Below, in pieces: positions 49,561 to 57,266 of a DNA stretch of 64,000 nt (position 1 is its first letter; the number at the start of each line of letters is the position of its first letter). The DNA lies in assembly GCA_045541975.1 (NCBI GenBank), contig JAZQKB010000022.1, forward strand, positions 30,616 through 94,615, given 5' to 3'. Made by a program: the position numbers and the translations under genes. Under the pieces are notes generated by a model. The model did not search any database. It worked only from the letters and a program-made list of their open reading frames with translations, and was not told where the DNA came from. The DNA comes from Clostridia bacterium. GTDB taxonomy: Bacteria > Bacillota > Clostridia > UMGS1840.

Positions 49561-49620
49561 ATGAAAGGCGACAGCTCATTATTGTTCTTCATTTTAGTTT
49601 TCTTATTATTATTCTATTAA
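49561..49620 (+). CDS. 19-aa hydrophobic microprotein (missed by the ORF track)
   Basis: MKGDSSLLFFILVFLLLFY; RBS GAAAGGGGG; sigmaK/E-like AACA...CATATCTT at 49512-49538. Confidence 0.6.
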   Translation: MKGDSSLLFFILVFLLLFY

Positions 49621-49704
49621 AAACATATTTGAAAAGGGTTGCGACATATACTGTAATGAAGAAAGTTTGTGTCGCTCCCTTTTTTATAAAAAGGAGGAAC
49701 CGCT

Positions 49705-49944
49705 ATGGCAGGATGGGAAGATTTATTCAAAGGGATGGATCCGGGAAAGGTAAAGTCGGCAATGGCACGAGCAAAGGCGCTATCGGAAAATCCAACGGTC
49801 CAACAGGCATTTGCCCGTATGGACCAGAAGGAGATTTTGGATGCCATCCGTTCACTTTCTTCGGAGGATAAAAACCGTTTATTAAAAACGCTGTTTCAAT
49901 CCAAAAACCGGGATTTTCTGAAAGTGATTGAACAGATGAAATAA
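49705..49944 (+). CDS. Hypothetical helical protein (probable sporulation cluster)
   Basis: RBS AAGGAGG; sigmaE-like CATA-17-CATATACT upstream at 49624-49652. Confidence 0.7.
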   Translation: MAGWEDLFKGMDPGKVKSAMARAKALSENPTVQQAFARMDQKEILDAIRSLSSEDKNRLLKTLFQSKNRDFLKVIEQMK

Positions 49945-49962
49945 AAGGAGTTTTTTAAAACT

Positions 49963-50313
49963 ATGGCAGATATTGATAAAAATATGATTATGGGAATGCT
50001 ACAGAATTTATTGGGAGATAGCGAGCAAAAAGCCACAGAAACATCTGACTCCAATTCGAGAGAGCAATCGGTTTCTTTGCCGGTAACACCCGCCGCAAAG
50101 GACACTGACGATTTCTTAAACACTGCCGCTATGATGAGCCGTTTTACCGATATTATGGGAAAATTTCAAACTGCAGGAAACTCGAAAGAAGCAGCACTGC
50201 TATCTGCATTGCGACCGTATCTTCGCTCTTCCCGCCAACCCAAGGTAGACACTATGTTACGGGCGTTGCAAGCTTTTCGTGTGTTTTCGGAAATGAAAAA
50301 AGGAAATTCTTAA
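49963..50313 (+). CDS. Conserved clostridial hypothetical protein (LL.AL.PYL...R..KVD motif)
   Basis: RBS AAGGAG; the motif ALLSALRPYLRSSRQPKVD resembles small clostridial hypotheticals. Confidence 0.7.
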   Translation: MADIDKNMIMGMLQNLLGDSEQKATETSDSNSREQSVSLPVTPAAKDTDDFLNTAAMMSRFTDIMGKFQTAGNSKEAALLSALRPYLRSSRQPKVDTMLRALQAFRVFSEMKKGNS

Positions 50314-50332
50314 ATGATACATAGGGATAGGA

Positions 50333-50602
50333 GTGAAGAGGATGTATCAGTCAATCCCCAAACGGGTGTATACCCAAAAAGAAAGTGCGATGCCAAAGTT
50401 TCCAACCTCACAACCGTTTTCCAATGACAAACAGGAACATTATGCCGTTTCCAAAATACCAAAAATACCAAAAATACCGAAAATATCGAAAAATCTACAA
50501 ACGGATGATCTTCTTTTAATCGGATTATTAATCCTATTGCTTTCTGAAGAGGGAGACAATGAGCTTCTGATATTGGTCGTTGCGTTTTTATTATTTTTTT
50601 AA
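50333..50602 (+). CDS. Hypothetical protein with C-terminal DDLLLIGLLILLL.E..D membrane hairpin
   Basis: Hydrophobic C-terminus; internal 9-bp repeat encoding (PKI)n at 50451-50490; start codon uncertain. Confidence 0.65.
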   Translation: MKRMYQSIPKRVYTQKESAMPKFPTSQPFSNDKQEHYAVSKIPKIPKIPKISKNLQTDDLLLIGLLILLLSEEGDNELLILVVAFLLFF

Positions 50603-50632
50603 AAAATTTTAATTTTTATTTTTTAATAACGG

Positions 50633-50662
50633 GTATATTTTATTTCAAAAAAGTCCATAGTA
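50633..50662 (+). promoter_or_regulatory. sigmaG promoter
   Basis: GTATA-18-CATAGTA, near-perfect match to the GHATA-N18-CATAHTA consensus. Confidence 0.75.
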
Positions 50663-50717
50663 ACAGTGAAAAGAAAATCTTTTCAGTACCAAATCAAAAA
50701 CAAGGAGGCTTTTTTGT

Positions 50718-50879
50718 ATGAATCAGGCAAACCATTGCATCAAATGTACCGTACAGCAGTGTAAACACCATTGCAATTCAGAAAACTACTGTTCCTTAGA
50801 CTGTGTAACCATCGGTACCCATGAATTAAATCCTGCTATGGATCAGTGTACTGACTGTAAGTCTTTCGCAAAGAAATAA
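50718..50879 (+). CDS. DUF1540 Cys-rich small protein (53 aa; missed by the ORF track)
   Basis: MNQANHCIKCTVQQCKHHCNSENYCSLDCVTIGTHELNPAMDQCTDCKSFAKK; RBS AAGGAGG. Confidence 0.85.
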   Translation: MNQANHCIKCTVQQCKHHCNSENYCSLDCVTIGTHELNPAMDQCTDCKSFAKK

Positions 50880-50979
50880 CAGTCCGAACAAAAAACTAAA
50901 AAACACCATTCATACTTTTTTCATCCTTTTTTTACTACCGCATTTTGTCTAATTCCCTTGGCAAAATGTAAATTCCCCG

Positions 50980-51013
50980 AAAAAGAACAGTTTTTATAAA
51001 ACTGTTCTTTTTT
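50980..51013 (+). terminator. Intrinsic terminator
   Basis: AAAAGAACAGTTTT-tat-AAAACTGTTCTTTTTT. Confidence 0.75.
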
Positions 51014-51099
51014 GTTATTTTGGTTACAAATCTGATAAAATGCTATACAAATAAAAGAATCTGTGATATACTGACTCTATCATAAAGGAGGATCACACT

Positions 51100-51855
51100 A
51101 TGAAACTCATTTCCTGGAATGTAAACGGTCTTCGTGCTTGCTTAACCAAAGGTTTCTTAGATTTTTTCCGTGAAGTGGATGCAGATATTTTTTGTATTCA
51201 GGAAACCAAAATGCAAGAAGGTCAGGCGGAGCTTTCTTTAGATGGCTATCATCAGTATTGGCATAGCGCCCAGAAAAAAGGCTATAGCGGAACTGCAGTG
51301 TTTACCAAAGAAAAACCGCTAAGTGTTACCTACGGAATCGGAGATAAGCATAATGATGAAGGCAGGGTAATCACTTTGGAGTTTCCCGAGTTTTACTTGG
51401 TCAATTGTTATACGCCAAATGCCCAGCAGGAATTAAAGCGGTTAAGTTACCGTATGGAGTTTGAAGACGATTTCAGAGCCTACTTACAAAACCTTCCCAA
51501 ACCTGTGATTTTATGCGGTGACTTAAATGTTGCTCACGAAGAAATTGATTTGAAAAATCCAAAAACCAACCGTCAAAATGCAGGCTTCTCCGATGAAGAA
51601 CGTGGCAAAATGACAGAGTTGCTATCTGCCGGATTCTCCGATACCTTCCGTACGCTTTATCCCACCAAATCCGATGCCTACACCTGGTGGTCTTACCGTT
51701 TTTCTGCAAGAGCAAAAAATGTGGGATGGCGGATTGACTATTTTATTGTATCCTCTTCTGTGATGGATAGCGTTTCAAACAGTGTGATTTACTCAGATGT
51801 CCTGGGAAGTGATCATTGCCCGATTGGGGTAACCATAAATTTACAAGAAAAATAA
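51100..51855 (+). CDS. exoA: Exodeoxyribonuclease III / AP endonuclease
   Basis: ISWNVNGLR, CIQETK, GDLNVAH, GWRIDY and GSDHCP motifs. Confidence 0.95.
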   Translation: MKLISWNVNGLRACLTKGFLDFFREVDADIFCIQETKMQEGQAELSLDGYHQYWHSAQKKGYSGTAVFTKEKPLSVTYGIGDKHNDEGRVITLEFPEFYLVNCYTPNAQQELKRLSYRMEFEDDFRAYLQNLPKPVILCGDLNVAHEEIDLKNPKTNRQNAGFSDEERGKMTELLSAGFSDTFRTLYPTKSDAYTWWSYRFSARAKNVGWRIDYFIVSSSVMDSVSNSVIYSDVLGSDHCPIGVTINLQEK

Positions 51856-51932
51856 AAAAAATAGAAAAAACTATTGAAATTTCAAAAAAAATGTAGTAAG
51901 ATATAAGCATACTTTTAAGGAGGTGTTTTCCA

Positions 51933-52103
51933 ATGGCTTTTAAAATTACTGATGAATGCATCAGCTGTGGTGCATGTGAAGCTGAATGCCCGGTAAGCTG
52001 TATTACCGCAGGTGACAGCAAATATGAAATTGATGCAGATGCTTGTATCGATTGCGGTACTTGCGCAGGCGTATGCCCCGTAGGTGCTCCCGTTGAAGGT
52101 TAA
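51933..52103 (+). CDS. 2[4Fe-4S] clostridial ferredoxin (56 aa; missed by the ORF track)
   Basis: MAFKITDECISCGACEAECPVSCI...CIDCGTCAGVCPVGAP; RBS AAGGAGGT. Confidence 0.95.
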   Translation: MAFKITDECISCGACEAECPVSCITAGDSKYEIDADACIDCGTCAGVCPVGAPVEG

Positions 52104-52111
52104 TCCGAAAC

Positions 52112-52149
52112 ATAAAAAACCGTAAGAGTTTTCTCTTACGGTTTTTTAT
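52112..52149. terminator. Bidirectional intrinsic terminator
   Basis: ATAAAAAACCGTAAGAG-tttt-CTCTTACGGTTTTTTAT. Confidence 0.88.
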
Positions 52150-52175
52150 TGTGTATACAACAAGGTTCCGGGGCC

Positions 52176-52218
52176 CCCGACCCAATAACGCAATCTTTGA
52201 TTGCGTTATTGGGTCGGG
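52176..52218. repeat. Perfect 20-bp inverted repeat
   Basis: CCCGACCCAATAACGCAATC-ttt-GATTGCGTTATTGGGTCGGG. Confidence 0.85.
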
Positions 52219-52232
52219 TTCTTATTTTATCC

Positions 52233-52676
52233 TTACTTTTCCAAAGTCATTTGCTGGTAGGGGAGCATATCAAATCCCAAATGGCGATACAGCTTTTTTG
52301 CCCCTTCGTTTTCTTCGGTCACTTCCAGACGGAACCGTTTGGTATTTTTTTGATATTTTTTGATAATCCATTCTAAAGTCTGTTTTCCAAGGCCTTGGTT
52401 ACGGTATTCTTCTTTTACATATAATTCTTCAATCCATACCACCATACCCCCTACTTCATTGGAGTAGGTAAAGGAAAGAAGCACATAGCCTAAAATATGA
52501 TCGCCTTCTGTCATCACGAGTCCCCGAAGGTAAGGAGACCCTTTTTGAGTTAGCTGAAAGGTGGTTTTCATATCATTTTCTTTGATTTCGTGGCAAACGG
52601 CAGGAGAAGAGAAAAAATCACGGCACATGGCATAAAACTCGGTTTCGTGATTGGGAGCAAAATCTAACAGTATCAT
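52233..52676 (-). CDS. GNAT acetyltransferase
   Basis: WIEELYV..EYRNQGLG, RLEV..EN and LY..LGF motifs. Confidence 0.9.
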   Translation of the reverse strand: MILLDFAPNHETEFYAMCRDFFSSPAVCHEIKENDMKTTFQLTQKGSPYLRGLVMTEGDHILGYVLLSFTYSNEVGGMVVWIEELYVKEEYRNQGLGKQTLEWIIKKYQKNTKRFRLEVTEENEGAKKLYRHLGFDMLPYQQMTLEK

Positions 52677-53377
52677 ATCACAAATCCTCCGTTGGGACTT
52701 ATAATCTGCCCGGTTATAAAACTTGCCTTTTCGGATACTAAAAAGCTGACCGCCTGGGCAATATCTTCGGGTGTTCCCAGTCTTTCCAAAGGCGTTTCTT
52801 CCGCTAAGTCTTTTAAATCTTCTTCGCTAAATTCATGTAACATATCGGTTTTTATTACACCGGGTGCAACGCAATTTACCCGGATGTTACTTGGAGCCAC
52901 TTCTTTGGCAAGTGCTTTGGTAAAGCCGATGACACCAGCTTTTGCTGTGGAATAATGCACTTCGCAGGAAGCACCCACCATTCCCCAGATGGAGGAAATG
53001 TTCACAATTGCACCGCATTTTTCGTGAATCATATGCGGTAGCACCGCTTTGGTGACTAAGAACATACTTTTTAAGTTGTTGTTCATCATCGCATCCCACT
53101 CGTCTTCCGAAATATCGGTAAAAAGCTTTTGCTGTGCAATTCCGGCATTGTTGATTAAGACATCAATTTTTCCGTATTTTTTGATGATTTCATCTATCAT
53201 ATTGGTTACATCGGCAGAGTTTGACACATCCGCCCGATAGCTTATCTCCGTTTCGGTGTTGGGAATTTCGGTATTTTTACTGTTGGCAATCACAAAATAA
53301 CCGTCTTCCTGCAGTTTTTTGGCAATCTCTTTGCCAATTCCGCGACCGGCACCGGTTACCAATGCAATTTTTTTCAT
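52673..53377 (-). CDS. SDR oxidoreductase, FabG/YmfI (EF-P 5-aminopentanone reductase)-like
   Basis: TGAGRGIG, NNAG and SSIWG..GASCEVHYSTAK motifs; promoter TTGACA-17-TATGAT at 53462-53434. Confidence 0.85.
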   Translation of the reverse strand: MKKIALVTGAGRGIGKEIAKKLQEDGYFVIANSKNTEIPNTETEISYRADVSNSADVTNMIDEIIKKYGKIDVLINNAGIAQQKLFTDISEDEWDAMMNNNLKSMFLVTKAVLPHMIHEKCGAIVNISSIWGMVGASCEVHYSTAKAGVIGFTKALAKEVAPSNIRVNCVAPGVIKTDMLHEFSEEDLKDLAEETPLERLGTPEDIAQAVSFLVSEKASFITGQIISPNGGFVI

Positions 53378-53458
53378 AGCGGAAAATCGCTCCGTTTCTT
53401 AGGTTCTTTTTGTTGTTATAATTGGATGCCATCATCATACCATATTCCGAAATAATTG

Positions 53459-53989
53459 TCAAGCAGGGGCAAGAAACAAGTTCACCGTCAGCATTGCTAA
53501 AAAAATCACTATCACATCTGCACATAATCCTAACAGTAGGGGCAGTTTCGTTTTTTTTATTTTTGTGACGGCAAAATAAACGGTCACAGTGTAAATGGTG
53601 GTTTCGGTAGATGCACATATGACGGATGCCAACAGACCTTCGTAACTATCAGGGCCAAATTGATGCAGAATGTCCGATAGTAGCACCATCGCCCCGCTTC
53701 CTGAAATAGGACGCACTAAAATCAGCTCTCCGATTCCTTCGGGAATCCTAAGAAATCGAAACAGGGGAGAGAGCAGAGATAAACAAAAAGATAATGCACC
53801 CGATTCCCGAAAGACAGCAATAGATACCATAATCGCAAGGATATTAGGTGTGATTTTTGCAATTGCAGAAAACCCTTTCTTGGCACCTTGGGTAAATGAG
53901 GAAACAGCATCTTTTTTCTGGAAAAAAGCGAAGAGAAACAACGTCATAAAAAACAAAGGGAGTATTCCATCTGAAAGGAGATTGATCAT
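53459..53989 (-). CDS. spmB: Spore maturation protein B
   Basis: F..GAK.G, RPISGSG, GPDS..G and STETT.Y...VYF motifs. Confidence 0.9.
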   Translation of the reverse strand: MINLLSDGILPLFFMTLFLFAFFQKKDAVSSFTQGAKKGFSAIAKITPNILAIMVSIAVFRESGALSFCLSLLSPLFRFLRIPEGIGELILVRPISGSGAMVLLSDILHQFGPDSYEGLLASVICASTETTIYTVTVYFAVTKIKKTKLPLLLGLCADVIVIFLAMLTVNLFLAPA

Positions 53990-54567
53990 CGTAGCAATCT
54001 CCCTTCTTTATGAGAAAGTGCTAAATGACAAAGAAAAAGCGCACCGACTAATCCCAAAAATCCTGTCACTAAAACAGGAATTACCACGGAGGATGGAGAG
54101 GTGGAGCCTGCCATAGCCCGAAGACCGATGACAGTAGTGGGAATGAGTTGCACCGAACAGGTGTTAAATAGAATAAAACGGCACATATCAGAAGTTGGAA
54201 AGTCGTATTTTGATTCACACGCCAACTCTTCCATAGCGGCAAGACCTGAGGGAGTGGCAGCATTGCCAATGCCTAACATATTTGCTGAAATATTTAAGGA
54301 CATCAATTTTTTTGCTTTTTCATTTTTCGTGTAAAACAAGCGGTTTAGCAAAGGAGATAGTAGCTTTGCCAACACTTTGGTTAATCCGATTGTTTCCCCG
54401 ATTTGAATCATTCCTGAAAAAAATGCCGTCAGAAATAAAAGCTTTAACACAAAGCTTCCGCAGTTGGCGGTAGCGGTGGAAATAATGGTGCTAAGCGCAC
54501 CTAAATTTTGATTGATTGCCAAAAACACAATTCCCGATATCCAAAAAAACGAAATCACATATCCCAT
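53986..54567 (-). CDS. spmA: Spore maturation protein A
   Basis: ANMLGIGNAATP.GL.AM and NTCSVQLIPTT motifs. Confidence 0.92.
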   Translation of the reverse strand: MGYVISFFWISGIVFLAINQNLGALSTIISTATANCGSFVLKLLFLTAFFSGMIQIGETIGLTKVLAKLLSPLLNRLFYTKNEKAKKLMSLNISANMLGIGNAATPSGLAAMEELACESKYDFPTSDMCRFILFNTCSVQLIPTTVIGLRAMAGSTSPSSVVIPVLVTGFLGLVGALFLCHLALSHKEGRLLR

Positions 54568-54626
54568 AAAAAAATCACCGAAGTTTCCTTTCTCTTTATT
54601 CTATGAAAGACCACTTCGGTGATATG
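54568..54626 (-). promoter_or_regulatory. sigmaE promoter of spmAB inside a hairpin that doubles as mnmE terminator and RBS sequester
   Basis: Minus strand CATA-17-CATAGAAT. Arms ATCACCGAAGT and ACTTCGGTGAT are followed by a T-run and then ATG. Confidence 0.65.
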
Positions 54627-54680
54627 TTTTTTTTGGTTATTTTGTTATTTTTAGTATTCTTTAGGAGTTCACATTTGAGG

Positions 54681-56027
54681 CTATTTTCCGATACAGAAGT
54701 TTTTGAAAATATTGTCAATTACTTCATCGTTCACAGTGGTACCCGTGATTTCTCCTAAGTAGGATGCAGCATCTTCCAAATCAATGGAACAAATGTCTGC
54801 CTCCAGATTCATTTTGAGGGTGGAGATTGCTCTTTGCAGACTTTCTTCTGCCATTAACAGTGCCTGATAATGCCGCTCGGAAAAGAGGGTTTCTTCTGAT
54901 TCGGACTGTTCCAGTCTTGCTTCGATATCATCTTTGATACCGTTTAACAGTTCTGCTACCCCTTCGTTGTTTTTGGCGCTGATACAGTACACTTTTTTGT
55001 CCAAATTTCGGGGGATTTCCGGTGTATTCAAGTCGGTTTTATTGTAAATTACCACCGTATGAGAGGGAAGAGAACGAATGTATTCTATTTCTTCGACGTC
55101 TGCTTTTTTGCTGGAATCCAAAAGATAGAGAATGTAGTCTACCTGCTCAATGTATTGATAAGATTTTAAGATTCCTGCCTGTTCCACAATGTCAGAGCTT
55201 TCTCGAAGGCCTGCAGTGTCGGCAATGTTCATCACATAACCGCCAATGTCGATCCGTTCGGTGATAACATCACGGGTGGTGCCTTCAATGTCGGTCACGA
55301 TGGCACGGTCTTCGTCTAAAATCGCATTTAACAAAGAGGATTTCCCCACATTGGGTTTTCCGCAGATGGCTGCAGTGAAACCGTCTTTTAAGATTTTTCC
55401 CTTATCATAGCTGGTGAGCAGGGCACTGATATCTTTTAAGATGCCTTCCAGTCGGGATAAAATCACATCGTTGTGATTACCGCCTGTTTCGTCGGGAAAG
55501 TCGTTGCCTGCCAAAATATTCATAATTTCCGTCATAATGCGGTTGCGTAATCCGTCAATTTTATGACGAAGCTTTCCGTCTAAATTTTCCTGTGCCATCA
55601 AAAGAGCCGACTTTGTTTCGGCACCAATGGCATCAATCACGGCTTCTGCTTGCGTTAAGTCCATTTTTCCGTTTAAAAAGGCACGTTTGGTAAATTCACC
55701 TTTTTCCGCAAGGCGGGCACCGTTTTTTAGTAATTCCCGCATGACACATTCGGTAACGGTTTTTCCGCCGTGGCAATAAAACTCCACGGTATCTTCTCCC
55801 GTGTAAGATTTGGGAGCCAGCATTTTCACTGCCAGACAGTCATCTAAAATATTGCCTTCCCTGTCACGGATTTTGCCGTATACTAAGCTTCTGTCGGTGG
55901 CTTTTTGTAGTTTACCGCCAAACAAAGCATCTCCGATTTGGACGGCTTTTTCTCCGCTTAAACGGATGACGGATACAGCACTTTGTATATTTTTGGTTGC
56001 AGGCGCTGCAATGGTATCGTAAAACAT
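54681..56027 (-). CDS. mnmE: tRNA modification GTPase MnmE
   Basis: SYTGED.VE..CHG, GEFTKRAFLNGK, GKPNVGKSS, GTTRD and FCIGK motifs; own promoter TTGACA-16-TATAAT at 56093-56066. Confidence 0.97.
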   Translation of the reverse strand: MFYDTIAAPATKNIQSAVSVIRLSGEKAVQIGDALFGGKLQKATDRSLVYGKIRDREGNILDDCLAVKMLAPKSYTGEDTVEFYCHGGKTVTECVMRELLKNGARLAEKGEFTKRAFLNGKMDLTQAEAVIDAIGAETKSALLMAQENLDGKLRHKIDGLRNRIMTEIMNILAGNDFPDETGGNHNDVILSRLEGILKDISALLTSYDKGKILKDGFTAAICGKPNVGKSSLLNAILDEDRAIVTDIEGTTRDVITERIDIGGYVMNIADTAGLRESSDIVEQAGILKSYQYIEQVDYILYLLDSSKKADVEEIEYIRSLPSHTVVIYNKTDLNTPEIPRNLDKKVYCISAKNNEGVAELLNGIKDDIEARLEQSESEETLFSERHYQALLMAEESLQRAISTLKMNLEADICSIDLEDAASYLGEITGTTVNDEVIDNIFKNFCIGK

Positions 56028-56099
56028 CCGGAAAACTCCTTTAGTTCTTAGAATTTAACATTCCCATTATACCATATTTCAAAAAAATGTCAATATGGA

Positions 56100-56137
56100 A
56101 AAAGACGTATCACCAAAATAGGGCGATACGTCTTTTG
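56100..56137 (-). terminator. Intrinsic terminator after the holin gene
   Basis: AAAAGACGTATC...GATACGTCTTTT. Confidence 0.8.
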
Positions 56138-56142
56138 GATGG

Positions 56143-56361
56143 TTATAAAACTTGGTTTTTGGCAACTGATTTGATGTCTTCGGAAATTTTTTCTAAGGTT
56201 TGTGAAATCTTTTCCAGCCGGTCAGATTGACTGTCCACAATAGACATCAATCGTTCCTCACGTTCTTTTGATTCCTTCTGATAAGTAAAAAATAACCAGA
56301 TGAATAACGCAGCAAAAACACCTTGTCCCATTACCATTTCCATTAATGCCTGTATGTCCAT
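56143..56361 (-). CDS. BhlA/UviB-family holin-like protein
   Basis: QGVFAALFIWLFF...KESKEREERL motif plus coiled coil. Confidence 0.88.
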   Translation of the reverse strand: MDIQALMEMVMGQGVFAALFIWLFFTYQKESKEREERLMSIVDSQSDRLEKISQTLEKISEDIKSVAKNQVL

Positions 56362-56364
56362 ATG

Positions 56365-57054
56365 TTACTCCTTCTCGTAGCTTTCGAGCATTTTTTGATA
56401 TAAATCCTTGCGGTAGGGATGTTGGTCCAGTAATAAAAAAACCGGTTCGGGATTGGATAACTGCCATTTTTCTGAAAGCTTTGTTTTCACAGATTGCAGC
56501 TCGTCTTGGATTGCGATGCCTAAAAACTTCAAAATTCCTATGGCAATTGCAGATGCAAATTCTTCCGGTTTGGTCTTTAAAAGATTAGCGTCTGCCGGAT
56601 GGTCTAAAAAAGCAGTTTCCACTAAAATAGCAGGGCAGAGAGTTTCTCTTAACACCAAAAGATTCGCATTTTTGACTCCACGGGAGCGAAGATTCAAGTT
56701 TTTAATCAGCTCTCCAAGTACCGATTCTCCCATCTTTTCTGCTTGACCGCCTTTTTGAATGACCAATACTTCCGTTCCGGTTCCGCCACCTGCGTTGCAA
56801 TGAATGGAAATGAAGTAATCGCATCCTGCCTGATTAGAAATTTCGGCACGCTTTTTTAAACTGCTGTTCACAGATGTGCCTAAATTTTGGGTAGCGGATT
56901 CTCTGGTCAATATCGTTTGAATTTGGTATGCATTCAGAATTTCAGAAAGTTTTTCTGCAATCTGAAAGGTAATATCCTGTTCCTTCAAATGATTTGCCAC
57001 AGCACCGGTATCCCATCCCGAATGGTTGTGACCTGCATCAATACAGATTTTCAT
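56365..57054 (-). CDS. N-acetylmuramoyl-L-alanine amidase (Amidase_3), endolysin-like
   Basis: IDAGH...DTGA, E, ISIHCNA and ILVETAF motifs; no signal peptide; short helical C-terminal domain. Confidence 0.9.
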   Translation of the reverse strand: MKICIDAGHNHSGWDTGAVANHLKEQDITFQIAEKLSEILNAYQIQTILTRESATQNLGTSVNSSLKKRAEISNQAGCDYFISIHCNAGGGTGTEVLVIQKGGQAEKMGESVLGELIKNLNLRSRGVKNANLLVLRETLCPAILVETAFLDHPADANLLKTKPEEFASAIAIGILKFLGIAIQDELQSVKTKLSEKWQLSNPEPVFLLLDQHPYRKDLYQKMLESYEKE

Positions 57055-57110
57055 AAAAACACCTCGTTTTGAACGGTAAAATAAAAGAGCGACCTTTTTT
57101 GTCCCGTGTT

Positions 57111-57139
57111 ATTATGGTGGAAAAAGTGGAGGAAGTCAA
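57111..57139 (-). promoter_or_regulatory. sigmaA-like promoter of the amidase-holin pair
   Basis: Minus strand TTGACT-17-CATAAT. Confidence 0.6.
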
Positions 57140-57266
57140 GTTAATTCCAATGATTTGGTCGAATCTCGATGTTTTTATAAAAATTGGAAATAAAGGTTGC
57201 ATTTTTTGTGATATAATGTTATAATATAGTGTGATATTTTATAAACGAAATCAGGGAGGACGTACC

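Noticed and set aside
49527-49871. 114-aa ORF-track call
   Set aside because: It has no RBS and overlaps the better-supported 19-aa ORF, the promoter hairpin and the 49705 gene.
30441-57090. Shared GCTCTTTT 8-mer upstream of the portal and amidase units
   Set aside because: It is short, lies in opposite orientation relative to the genes, and also occurs elsewhere (for example near 8560), as expected by chance in AT-rich DNA.
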